Source: Patescibacteria group bacterium
GTDB taxonomy: Bacteria; Patescibacteriota; Patescibacteriia; 2-12-FULL-60-25
DNA length: 64,000 bases
Direction of reading: 5' to 3'
Assembly (NCBI GenBank): GCA_052033585.1
Contig: JBPOJM010000007.1
Coordinates: forward strand, 9,187-73,186
The notes under the pieces: generated by a model
Told to the model about the DNA's origin: nothing
The model's input: only the letters and a program-made list of their open reading frames with translations
Database searches by the model: none
Shown here: piece after piece, positions 43,396 to 52,332 of the stretch
Layout of the letters: every line of letters starts with the position of its first letter
How positions within the stretch are numbered: position 1 is the first letter of the stretch
Position numbers and translations under genes: made by a program

Positions 43396-44223
43396 CTACC
43401 CCCTCAACTTTTTCAAAATCTTCAAATCCTCCTGCACCGCATCATGCTCCGTCTCTAGATAGAAGTTCATGTGCTGTAATTTGGGATGCGTAATCATCGC
43501 CTCAAATCCGTCCACGCCAATAAAGCCTTTGCCAAGATGTTCGTGACGATCTTTACGCGCCCCGAGTTCCACTTTTGAATCATTACAATGACTCATCTTC
43601 AATCGTTTCAAGCCAATGACCTCATCAAACAATCGAAACGTCTTATCGACTTCTTGCTTTGTGCGTAAATCATACCCACTCGCAAACGCATGCGCCGTAT
43701 CAAAACACACCCCCATCTGCGGCTGGTCAACACCATCCAAAATCAACGCCACTTCTTCAAACGACGCACCAATCACCGCACCAGCTCCTGCCGAAATCTC
43801 CAAGAGAAGCGTTGCCGCACCCTCATACCCATCATAGATCTTCTTCACCCCTTCAACCGTCCACTTCAGTGCTTGGTCACGATCACCCTTTCCCGCACTC
43901 CCAGGATGAAACATGACATATTTTGCCCCTAGCATCGTCGCCCGTTCCAATTCCTCACGCACAATCCGAATCGAATTCCCACGTGTCTTCTCAAGCTCAC
44001 TCGCAAAATTAATATAGTACGGTGTGTGGATCACCCATTCTTTAAAGCCCCCATCTTTGCAATTCTGCGCAAACGCATCCGTCATCTCCGGCGTAATCTT
44101 AGGCGCCGGTCCACCCTGCGGTGAACGCGAAAAAAACTGAAACACCTCGCATCCTAATGCAGCAGCGTTAATTGGGGCATTCTGCAATCCACCGGCAACA
44201 GACACATGACAGCCAAAATACAT
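43396..44223 (-). CDS. nfo: endonuclease IV (AP endonuclease)
   Basis: Track ORF 43396..44259. 'GCHVSVAGG', 'HTPYYINFAS', 'VMFHPGS', 'CFDTAHAFASGYD' and 'HCNDSK...DRHEHLGKG'. The ATG at 44223 is preferred. Confidence 0.92.
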   Translation of the reverse strand: MYFGCHVSVAGGLQNAPINAAALGCEVFQFFSRSPQGGPAPKITPEMTDAFAQNCKDGGFKEWVIHTPYYINFASELEKTRGNSIRIVREELERATMLGAKYVMFHPGSAGKGDRDQALKWTVEGVKKIYDGYEGAATLLLEISAGAGAVIGASFEEVALILDGVDQPQMGVCFDTAHAFASGYDLRTKQEVDKTFRLFDEVIGLKRLKMSHCNDSKVELGARKDRHEHLGKGFIGVDGFEAMITHPKLQHMNFYLETEHDAVQEDLKILKKLRG

Positions 44224-44307
44224 ACACAAAGACGATAGCAGATCTAAAGAAAATAACAAAAAACACGCAAAGGAAGTCCAAATGCGTGAAGGAAGAGGGA
44301 AAAAGTA

Positions 44308-44673
44308 CTATGCAGAGGGTTCTAGACGATAGCTATCTGCGAGCTGGATAAGGAGGCGATGGATTCCCGCTTTTTCAGGGAAGGTGAGATCCAGGCGTAT
44401 ATCCGGTTCCATAAGAGCCGTTGCGAGGAGGCGGATATAGCGCGCGAAGAGCAGGTTAGGTTTAAAGAAGGTTGGAAATCCATGGATGAGTTGGTCGGGG
44501 GTGCGAGCCTCACAGTTCTCTTTCCAACTAAGAAGGATAGCGTTAAGCGCTTTCTGAGCATTTGCGATGAGTTGAGCCTCATCGTCTTTCATCAGGTCAT
44601 CATCACCCGTGCTAAGAGCGATGACGCGCCACCACAAGGCGAGAGCTTCGTCTTCTGTAAGGTACAGTTTCAT
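44308..44673 (-). CDS. hypothetical helical protein in G+C-rich islet
   Basis: Inside track ORF 44308..44928. The ATG at 44673 is preceded by the strong SD aaaggagggag ('MKLYLTEDEALALWW...'). Confidence 0.55.
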   Translation of the reverse strand: MKLYLTEDEALALWWRVIALSTGDDDLMKDDEAQLIANAQKALNAILLSWKENCEARTPDQLIHGFPTFFKPNLLFARYIRLLATALMEPDIRLDLTFPEKAGIHRLLIQLADSYRLEPSA

Positions 44674-44770
44674 CACTCCCTCCTTTCTTCGACAACGATA
44701 CGAATCGTTAGCAAAGATAGAAGGGAAGAGAGTCCCGAAAGGGAGAGAAGAAAAGATGAATGAGCGACGC

Positions 44771-45673
44771 TCAGGGCGTGTACAGCCCGAGCCCGTGGTA
44801 TAGCTCCCGCATCGAGGCCGCGACGTCAGGGGCGATGATGAGGTTGGAGGAGACGTCAGGGAAACCGCTGCTACGGAAAGCCTGAACCAGATCGCGGTTG
44901 TCATAGCGGAGGTCCTTGAGCACCGCACTCCGGCGAACCCAGGCCATCCGCTTGCCCTTCACTTCCCAGTTGCCCTTGAGCTTGGGCAGTCTGGCAACCT
45001 TGGCGGTTGCGCGCACCGCGAACGTGGTGTTGGGTTCGTCGGCGAACAGCTTCACGCCACACACCTCATCCATGACGAAGGAGATCCCACGAAGTCCCGT
45101 AGTCTCTTCGGTGGATTCACGCCAGGCCGTGTGGAAGGGATCCTCGGCGAGGTTGCAGTATCCGCCGGGAGGCATGCAGTATTTGCTGTCAGAGAAACCA
45201 CCTGCCGTTGCGGTGCAACGGATTCCCATCGGGATGTACACCTCGCCTTCCGCCTCGACCTCGAGCACGGCGCACGCACCGAAGGTGCAGTGGAAGATCT
45301 GGGGGATGAGCCCGAGAAAATCTTGATAGGACAGGCCCTCTTTTTCCAGGGCTTTCATGACGTCCTTGTACACCGAGAACTGAGCCCAGGCCCGCAGGTA
45401 GGGAATCTTACTCAGCTGGAGCAGAAGGGTCGCACGCCTGCCGCCCTGGTACACCGGAACACGCATGATGTGTGGACAGACCTGATTCCTGTCGTCGCCG
45501 TCGACCAGCGTGAAGCTGGTGAACGTAGGACGAAGATGGTTCGAGAGGTGTCTGCCCTTATCCCGTACCTGCTGAATCTGTCCGATGCGAACCCCTGCCG
45601 CTCGTGCCAGCATCTTCTCGACTCTGTCCTGTAGCCCGGGAGGCATGGCAGTCCATTCAATCCCTTGCATCAT
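44771..45673 (-). CDS. hypothetical protein with Nudix-box-like motif
   Basis: 300 aa. 'GGYCNLAEDPFHTAWRESTEETTGL' approximates GX5EX7REUXEEXGU with one extra residue. The SD is taggaggatcag, and there is a promoter upstream. Confidence 0.5.
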   Translation of the reverse strand: MMQGIEWTAMPPGLQDRVEKMLARAAGVRIGQIQQVRDKGRHLSNHLRPTFTSFTLVDGDDRNQVCPHIMRVPVYQGGRRATLLLQLSKIPYLRAWAQFSVYKDVMKALEKEGLSYQDFLGLIPQIFHCTFGACAVLEVEAEGEVYIPMGIRCTATAGGFSDSKYCMPPGGYCNLAEDPFHTAWRESTEETTGLRGISFVMDEVCGVKLFADEPNTTFAVRATAKVARLPKLKGNWEVKGKRMAWVRRSAVLKDLRYDNRDLVQAFRSSGFPDVSSNLIIAPDVAASMRELYHGLGLYTP

Positions 45674-45721
45674 CTGATCCTCCTAACGCGAATATCGCCT
45701 AACCTGTTCAGGCGACGAAAA

Positions 45722-45750
45722 ATCTTAAGCATTCTGACACAAAAAGTCAA
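45722..45750 (-). promoter_or_regulatory. sigma70-like promoter TTGACT-17-TAAGAT
   Basis: On the minus strand, TTGACT is at 45750-45745, followed by a 17-nt spacer and TAAGAT at 45727-45722. Confidence 0.5.
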
Positions 45751-45792
45751 ACACCACCCCTTCCGAGGCGGCGTTTGTTTCTCTCTGATAAT

Positions 45793-45902
45793 ACCCGTTC
45801 CGCTGCGAGATCCCTCACTCCGACACGTCATTCGCGAACGACGTGTCTTCGTATGACTTCGTTCGGGACACGTCGCTCGCGAGCGACGTGTCGGGATGAC
45901 GG
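45793..45902. repeat. REP-like repeat family B, copy 3 (two internal 26-bp palindromes)
   Basis: acccgttccgctgcgagatccctcact... contains gacacgtcattcgcgaacgacgtgtc (45822-47) and gacacgtcgctcgcgagcgacgtgtc (45867-92), and ends in gggatgacgg. Confidence 0.7.
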
Positions 45903-45911
45903 AAAGAGAGT

Positions 45912-47210
45912 TTATTTCTTCTCCTTCACGCATTCCTGCTTCAACCATTCCAACGTCTTCCGATTCCGTAACTGAATCGCAATATATTGGCGATATTCTG
46001 GTGAAGCAATCCGTTCGCGCGTTTCTTTGTCATTCTCACGAATGCGCATCAAGATGTCATCCGTTTCTTTATCAAGTTCATCTTCGCTAATTGCTACTTG
46101 TTGCTGTTTCGCGAACGCTTTCACAAGCACCGCCGTCTTAATGCGACGGATCGCTTGCGTGGTCATGTCCAGGCGCAACTCATCACGCGTTTTCTTGATA
46201 GAAGATAAATAGTCTTCCCACTTCATCCCTTGTTCTTCCACGCCATGTTGCAATTCATCCATCATGCGACGCGTCTCATCCGTCACGAGAACCTCTGGAA
46301 CCTCGGTAAACTTAGTCATGTCTACCAATTTCTCTAACAACTCAATTTCACTCGCCTCATCACGACGGCGCTTCTCTTCAAGTTGCAAATTTTCTTTAAG
46401 CTTACCGCGCAATTCTTCCACGTCTTTCAGTCCAACGCCTTGGGCAAACGCATCGTCCACGGGCGGCAACTGCATTTCGAATACCCCTGTTGCTTTGGCG
46501 GTAAAATCAATCTCTTTCCCTGCCAAATGTTTTTGGTAATGTTCAGTAGGGAAGGGGAGGGTAAAGCTTCGTTCTTCGCCTGCTTTAATCCCAACGAGTT
46601 TTTCCGTAAAGCCAGGAATATAGTGCGGCTCATTCATGTAGATGCGGTAATCGCGTCCTGTGCCACCGTCAACGACCACACCATCCTTCAACATTGAGAC
46701 ATCAATCACGACCAAATCTTCCAAGGTAGCAGGTCGTTCCGCGCGCACCTCTTGACGACGCATCTTACGCATCTCTTCGATGGCTTCATCTACCTCCTTT
46801 TCACCAACTTCTTTTGTCGTTTGCTCGACGGAGCACTTCTTCAGATCAGGTAATTCAATCGCCTTCGGCTCAATGGGAGCCGTGACCGTAAATTTGATCG
46901 GTTGCCCAGGCGTCAATTGGTCGACTTGGATATCAGGCGATCCCACCACATCCAAAGATTCATTTAAAATCGCTTTGGCGTAAAAGGCTCGCACAATGCG
47001 CTCGAGCGATGCTTGCAGAAGCGACATCTCCCCATATGCACGCTTCACTTCATCAAATCCGGCTTTTCCAGGACGAAAGCCCGGCAGCGGTCGCGCAGTA
47101 CTCATTTCGCGAGCCGCCTCTTCCAAATAAGCGCGTACTTCTTCGTACCCAACTTCAAATTCGAGTTTCACTTGGGATTTAGGCAAATCCGTCTTTTGAA
47201 TCGTAGGCAT
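45912..47210 (-). CDS. tig: trigger factor
   Basis: Track ORF 45912..47279. From the ATG at 47210, 'MPTIQKTDLPKSQVKLEFEV...PGFRPGKA' is a trigger-factor N-terminus with an FKBP-like middle domain. Confidence 0.92.
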   Translation of the reverse strand: MPTIQKTDLPKSQVKLEFEVGYEEVRAYLEEAAREMSTARPLPGFRPGKAGFDEVKRAYGEMSLLQASLERIVRAFYAKAILNESLDVVGSPDIQVDQLTPGQPIKFTVTAPIEPKAIELPDLKKCSVEQTTKEVGEKEVDEAIEEMRKMRRQEVRAERPATLEDLVVIDVSMLKDGVVVDGGTGRDYRIYMNEPHYIPGFTEKLVGIKAGEERSFTLPFPTEHYQKHLAGKEIDFTAKATGVFEMQLPPVDDAFAQGVGLKDVEELRGKLKENLQLEEKRRRDEASEIELLEKLVDMTKFTEVPEVLVTDETRRMMDELQHGVEEQGMKWEDYLSSIKKTRDELRLDMTTQAIRRIKTAVLVKAFAKQQQVAISEDELDKETDDILMRIRENDKETRERIASPEYRQYIAIQLRNRKTLEWLKQECVKEKK

Positions 47211-47306
47211 AATAGTAGACGGAGGGTACGAAAAAATAGCTCTCCCGTCAATGATCCGACCCCTTGCCCACATCCTCAAAACCCCTTACCATGCGCCCAC
47301 ATCAAT

Positions 47307-48389
47307 ATGTCTCTCCAAATCGGTATCGTCGGCCTCCCAAACGTAGGTAAATCTACGCTTTTTTCTGCTATCACCAAAAAACAGGTCGACTGCGCCAACT
47401 ATCCGTTTTGTACCATTGACCCGAATGTCGGCGTGGTTGAAGTGCCTGATGAGCGATTGGCTCTCTTAGGCGCGGTCGATAAGACCGAGCGGATCGTCCC
47501 GACCGTTATCGAATTTGTTGATATCGCCGGTCTCGTCAAAGGTGCGTCCGAAGGCCAGGGCTTAGGCAACAAATTTTTAACCAACATCCGCGAAACCGAC
47601 GCCATCGCGCAAGTCGTACGTGCCTTTGATGATACGAATATCTTGCACGTTGATGGTTCCGTGAACCCTGTCCGCGATGCCGATACCATCAATACCGAAC
47701 TCGCCCTCACCGACGTCGAAAGTGTCGGTAAGCGCCTGCAAAACGCCGAAAAACAATCACGCAGTGGCATGACCAAGCCGCTCGAACTTGAAATCGCCGT
47801 GCTCAAAAAAGCTGTCGAGAGCTTAAATAAAGGAGTGATGCTGCGCGACCTTGATTGGACGGACGATGAATTAATCGTTCTACGCCAACTCAATCCGCTT
47901 ACGCTCAAGCCCATGCTCTATGTCGTGAACGTGAACGAAGCTCAGCTCGCCGACGGATCTTGGAAGGAGCGCGTCGAAGGCCTGAAAGGGATGCTCGTCC
48001 CAGTTTGTATCAAAATGGAAGCCGATCTCTCATCCATGGGCCCAGAAGAAAAGAAAGAATACTTGGAACTCGCCGGCCAAACCCAATCCGGTCTCGATCG
48101 CCTCATCCAAGAAGCCTATCGCTTACTTGGTCTTATCACCTTTCTCACAAGCGGTGTGCAAGAAACCCGCGCCTGGACCGTCAAAGAGGGGAGTAAGGCT
48201 CCCGTCGCCGCCGGAAAAATCCACTCGGACTTCGAAAAGAATTTCATCCGTGTCGAAATCACCCCCTGGAAAGATTATGTCGACAATGGGGGAGAGGCCG
48301 CCTGTCGCGCCAAAGGACTCACCCGTGTTGAAGGCAAGGACTATATCGTCAAAGATGGTGACGTTTGTTATTTCCGGATCGGTGCCTAA
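47307..48389 (+). CDS. ychF: ribosome-binding ATPase YchF
   Basis: Inside track ORF 47013..48389. 'MSLQIGIVGLPNVGKSTLFSAIT...ANYPFCTIDPNVGVV', and the C-terminal 'RAWTVKEGSKAPVAAGKIHSDFEKNFIRVE'. Confidence 0.95.
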   Translation: MSLQIGIVGLPNVGKSTLFSAITKKQVDCANYPFCTIDPNVGVVEVPDERLALLGAVDKTERIVPTVIEFVDIAGLVKGASEGQGLGNKFLTNIRETDAIAQVVRAFDDTNILHVDGSVNPVRDADTINTELALTDVESVGKRLQNAEKQSRSGMTKPLELEIAVLKKAVESLNKGVMLRDLDWTDDELIVLRQLNPLTLKPMLYVVNVNEAQLADGSWKERVEGLKGMLVPVCIKMEADLSSMGPEEKKEYLELAGQTQSGLDRLIQEAYRLLGLITFLTSGVQETRAWTVKEGSKAPVAAGKIHSDFEKNFIRVEITPWKDYVDNGGEAACRAKGLTRVEGKDYIVKDGDVCYFRIGA

Positions 48390-48410
48390 AGATTGATCCC
48401 TAAACCGTTG

Positions 48411-48446
48411 ACAACACACCCCGTTCCATGGAACGGGGTGTGTTGT
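48411..48446 (+). terminator. 16-bp-stem hairpin between ychF and comEC
   Basis: acaacacaccccgttc-catg-gaacggggtgtgttgt ends 1 nt before the comEC ATG and has no U-tract. Confidence 0.4.
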
Positions 48447-49715
48447 ATGTCCTTCGCGCGCCACGCGGGCCACTTTGCTGCCGCCTTCCTTGGTGGGGTT
48501 GCTCTGCACAGTATCCGACCATATGTTCCCATCTCACAACTTTGGCTCCTCATCACTATCAGCATAAGTGGAGGAGTTGGCTTTGTTTTATATAAAGAAG
48601 GAGGCTCAGACATACTCCTCACGTTCATATCAAAAATCTGTCTGATTGTCTGTTTTGCCCTACTAGGCGTCTACCGCTTTTCTCTTGCTCAACCTTCGCT
48701 CCCACGCGGTCTCATCTTTGCCGATCCCAAGGGTCTAGCGAGCAGTAGCGCAACGGGACGTATCTCTAACCGTTTGGATCCACGCTACTGGTTAACGCGC
48801 TTACATACTTCCCTCACCAAGCGCGCTCAAGAGCGTTTCGTGCCCGACGAGGCTGCGCTCATCACAGGCATTCTCTACGGCGATCGCAATTTATCCAAAG
48901 CTGCCAAGACCGCTTTCCGTCACGCCGGTCTCACCCACATCATCGCCGTCTCCGGTTCCAATATGACCATCATTGTTGTGGTCGTCGCGCGCTGTCTCGC
49001 GCTCTTCCATCTCTCACGTCGTCAAAGTTTCATCGGTATGGTCATCGGAGTTATCCTCTTCACCGTCTTCGTGGGAGCCTCTGCCGCTGTCGTGCGTGCG
49101 GCCATCATGGGCATCCTCGTACAGTTCGCCCCACTTACCGGTCGTCTCATTCGCCCCAGTCGTCTCCTACTCATTTCCGCTCTCGGCTTCACACTCTGGC
49201 ACCCATGGGCACTCTTATTCGATGCATCGTTCGCTCTCTCCTTTCTCGCCATGACCGGCCTGCTCACCTACGGACGTCTGATAGATACCGCTCTCACAAA
49301 ATACATATCTTCAGACACCCTTCGTGAAATAGTAACGTCCACTCTTGCGGCTACGATATTGACGACGCCCTATGGTGCCTGGGCCTTCGGCTCGTTTACC
49401 TTGTGGGGATTACCGACCGGTCTCATGGTCCTTCCGCTCATTCCGTGGACGATGGCTCTCGGCGCACTTGCGCTCGTTATACCGGCCGTTTCATCCTGGG
49501 GGCAGTTCGTCATTCTGCCCGCGTCTGGATGTTTGTGGGCCATTTTAGCTATTGCGCGTTGGCCAGAAAAAATAAAACTTGGCTATTTAGATAAGACATA
49601 TCTCCCGCTCGCCTGGCTCCTTGTCGCCTATCTCACGATCTGGATGCTGCATAAAATTATCCACAGCATACAAAGTTCAGACAAGGCTGTTATCTGTCGT
49701 GCACAAATAAAATAA
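48447..49715 (+). CDS. comEC: ComEC/Rec2-family DNA uptake channel (short form, no metallo-beta-lactamase domain)
   Basis: Inside track ORF 48393..49715. 'FRHAGLTHIIAVSGSNMTIIVV' is the competence-domain signature. The protein is polytopic. Confidence 0.85.
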   Translation: MSFARHAGHFAAAFLGGVALHSIRPYVPISQLWLLITISISGGVGFVLYKEGGSDILLTFISKICLIVCFALLGVYRFSLAQPSLPRGLIFADPKGLASSSATGRISNRLDPRYWLTRLHTSLTKRAQERFVPDEAALITGILYGDRNLSKAAKTAFRHAGLTHIIAVSGSNMTIIVVVVARCLALFHLSRRQSFIGMVIGVILFTVFVGASAAVVRAAIMGILVQFAPLTGRLIRPSRLLLISALGFTLWHPWALLFDASFALSFLAMTGLLTYGRLIDTALTKYISSDTLREIVTSTLAATILTTPYGAWAFGSFTLWGLPTGLMVLPLIPWTMALGALALVIPAVSSWGQFVILPASGCLWAILAIARWPEKIKLGYLDKTYLPLAWLLVAYLTIWMLHKIIHSIQSSDKAVICRAQIK

Positions 49716-50111
49716 TAAAACACTCACTAATATAGGCGAGAAGATCATATAGCAGCATAACATGTCAGCATGGACTAACGCTTTTTTTGTCACCGTGTCC
49801 TTTCACATTTAGTCTACGGGTGAGGTTCGCATCGGCAAGGAACTCTACAGGAAAGAATACGTTTACGGCCTGTACGTGTTCCACGCTCTGGCTTCGGCTC
49901 GAGCGTTCTTGCGCGCACCTCTTCTCGTCACGGATGAATGCCTACATTCACCTTGGACAGGCTATCACTGTGTTACCGCCCGCAGGGGAATAGCTTCACA
50001 AGCTTTGTCAAAGCGAGAGCTTTGCCTCTCTTACGTCATGCATAGCGTAAGAGAGGAGGAAGCCCTCGCGTGATAGGCACGTGAATATTCCTCGGAAACA
50101 AAGGCGCTATC

Positions 50112-50972
50112 ATGCGTACGGTTATTCAGTTCATCCGTCTCGGTTCACCGGCGCGTCCTCTCCTCCTGCTCGTCCTCTTCTGCGTCTTCTTCCTCTCCTC
50201 CTGCGCCGCCGGTGACGACCTGGATGCCATCTCGGATGCTGGCTCTCGTCCCGATCGTCCGCTCGATAGCAAGGTCGACGCCGACAACACCGTCCCGATG
50301 TTCGACCAACTGCCGCGCGCGGATGCCTCCACGAGCCAGGTGGATGTCATCCGGAGCAACGACATCTCGGCCAACATGCCCAGGCGTGATGCCAGTATGA
50401 CATCCACCTCGGACGCTGAGCTGTCCCAATTCCCGCTCGACGCAGCGGCAGACTCAGAGCTGTCATTCCCGCCGCCTCGTGATGTCACACATACCTCCGA
50501 TGCGGTTCCCTTCGAGGATGTGTTCACTCCTCCGTCTTCCGATGTGAGTCCATCTCCTCCGGATATCATGGAGCCTCCTGACGTCATGTCGATGCCGATC
50601 GAATGTCACACGCTCATCGTGCGCCTCGATCCGGCCACGATGCCGCGCTGCACGACGGGCTGGTCGACGATCCTCTACGATTTCGACGGTCACCCGCACG
50701 AAAGCACGCCCGGCGGCACCTTGAGTTACTCCATCTGTGGACGCCTGCAAGGACAACTCGTCCTCTCCGCCCACTGCGGGGGTGTGTACCTGCTCGACTG
50801 GCCAGGGAGTAGGGGAGCACCCGCCAATCGTGGTGGAGTCGCCTCCATCATGCTCGACAGCAACGAGCTGGCCGACGCCGAAGCGCTCTTCTGCCTCGAT
50901 CGCTGGAGTCGAACGCCCGGTGTGCGCCCGTTCATCCCGCTTGAACCGTACTTTTACGGACGTTGCCCGTAA
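50112..50972 (+). CDS. hypothetical lipoprotein, Asp/Ser/Pro-rich (G+C-rich islet)
   Basis: 286 aa with the lipobox-like 'FFLSSCAAGDD'. Antisense track ORFs overlap it. Confidence 0.55.
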   Translation: MRTVIQFIRLGSPARPLLLLVLFCVFFLSSCAAGDDLDAISDAGSRPDRPLDSKVDADNTVPMFDQLPRADASTSQVDVIRSNDISANMPRRDASMTSTSDAELSQFPLDAAADSELSFPPPRDVTHTSDAVPFEDVFTPPSSDVSPSPPDIMEPPDVMSMPIECHTLIVRLDPATMPRCTTGWSTILYDFDGHPHESTPGGTLSYSICGRLQGQLVLSAHCGGVYLLDWPGSRGAPANRGGVASIMLDSNELADAEALFCLDRWSRTPGVRPFIPLEPYFYGRCP

Positions 50973-51131
50973 CGAAATGATCTTTCCGAATAAATAATAA
51001 ATTATTTCCTCTTCTTGCCTCGTTTCTACGAGGCTTGATCCCTTGACACTGTCTTCACACGCGGGCGGTCGAGTGATATGGTGCGTATAGAACGGAAATA
51101 GAACACTTATTCACCCCGAACCTTTCTACCT

Positions 51132-52208
51132 ATGGCAAAAAAATCAGAACAAGACGGCCGCTCTTTGGCCGTCAAAACCGCAATCGATCAAATCAAGGAA
51201 AAATTTGGTGATGGCTCCATCATGCGTCTTGGTGAAGCTCGTAAGATGCAGGTCGAAGCCATACCAACTGGTTGCTTCTCTCTGGATATGGCACTCGGCG
51301 TCCTCGGATTCCCTCGTGGCCGTATTATCGAAGTCTACGGTCCGGAAGCCTCCGGAAAAACCACCCTTGCCCAACACGTTATTGCTGAAGCGCAAAAAGC
51401 CGGTGGCGTCGCCGCCTTCGTCGATGCCGAACACGCTCTCGACCCAGACTACGCCCGCAAAATCGGGGTAAATATAGACGAGCTTCTCATTTCTCAGCCA
51501 GACACCGGTGAACAGGCTCTCGATATCGTCGAAACCTTAGTTCGTTCCAATGCCGTTGACGTCGTCGTGGTCGACTCTGTCGCGGCGCTGACGCCTAAGG
51601 CAGAAATCGAAGGCGATATGGGAGATCAGCATATGGGACTTCAAGCCCGTCTCATGTCCCAAGCTCTGCGCAAGCTCACGGCCATTATTTCCCGTTCCAA
51701 AACCACTGTTATCTTCATCAACCAAATTCGCCAAAAGATCGGTATTGTCTTCGGTAATCCAGAGACCACGCCTGGTGGCAATGCGCTCAAGTTCTACTGT
51801 TCCGTGCGTGTCGAAGTCCGTCGCTCTGCTCAAATAAAAATGGGGGAAAAGATCATCGGGAACCGAGTCAAGGTAAAGATCGTAAAAAACAAAGTAGCTG
51901 CCCCCTTTCGCACCTGTGAATTTGACATCATGTATAACGAAGGGATCTCCGTATCTGGTGACTTGTTGGATGCCGGAGTCGAGCTAGGTGTGATCGCAAA
52001 GAGCGGAAATACGTACAGTTTTGAATCAGAAAAACTGGGTGTCGGTCGCGAAGCGGCAAAGAGCACGCTGCGCGAACGTCCAGATCTTCTTAAGCAAATC
52101 CGTGAAAAATGTATTGCAACCTATCAAGCCCGTGAAGCCTCAGAAGGTGGATTATCCGTCGCTCCACGTCCTCCCGCAGAGGACGATGAAGCCCCTCCAG
52201 AAGAGTAG
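51132..52208 (+). CDS. recA: recombinase RecA
   Basis: '[16 protein letters not shown]', '[10 protein letters not shown]' and 'VVVDSVAAL' are canonical RecA motifs. Confidence 0.97.
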   Translation: MAKKSEQDGRSLAVKTAIDQIKEKFGDGSIMRLGEARKMQVEAIPTGCFSLDMALGVLGFPRGRIIEVYGPEASGKTTLAQHVIAEAQKAGGVAAFVDAEHALDPDYARKIGVNIDELLISQPDTGEQALDIVETLVRSNAVDVVVVDSVAALTPKAEIEGDMGDQHMGLQARLMSQALRKLTAIISRSKTTVIFINQIRQKIGIVFGNPETTPGGNALKFYCSVRVEVRRSAQIKMGEKIIGNRVKVKIVKNKVAAPFRTCEFDIMYNEGISVSGDLLDAGVELGVIAKSGNTYSFESEKLGVGREAAKSTLRERPDLLKQIREKCIATYQAREASEGGLSVAPRPPAEDDEAPPEE

Positions 52209-52222
52209 AAGACAAAAAAGTA

Positions 52223-52276
52223 GAAAACGTCCTCGCCTTGTACCTGATAGAGGGCGGCGAGGACGTTTTCTTTTTG
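52223..52276 (+). terminator. recA intrinsic terminator
   Basis: The stem gaaaacgtcctcgcc ... ggcgaggacgttttc is followed by tttttgg. Confidence 0.75.
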
Positions 52277-52332
52277 GAAACAACCATCTTCTTCTCGCCA
52301 TCTTGCGTGTAACACGCTAAACTACCTGCATC

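Noticed and set aside
51040-51131. A possible SOS/LexA operator upstream of recA ('tagaacggaaatagaacac').
   Set aside because: The two GAAC motifs are direct repeats, not the inverted GAAC-N4-GTTC arrangement. No lexA is in the window.
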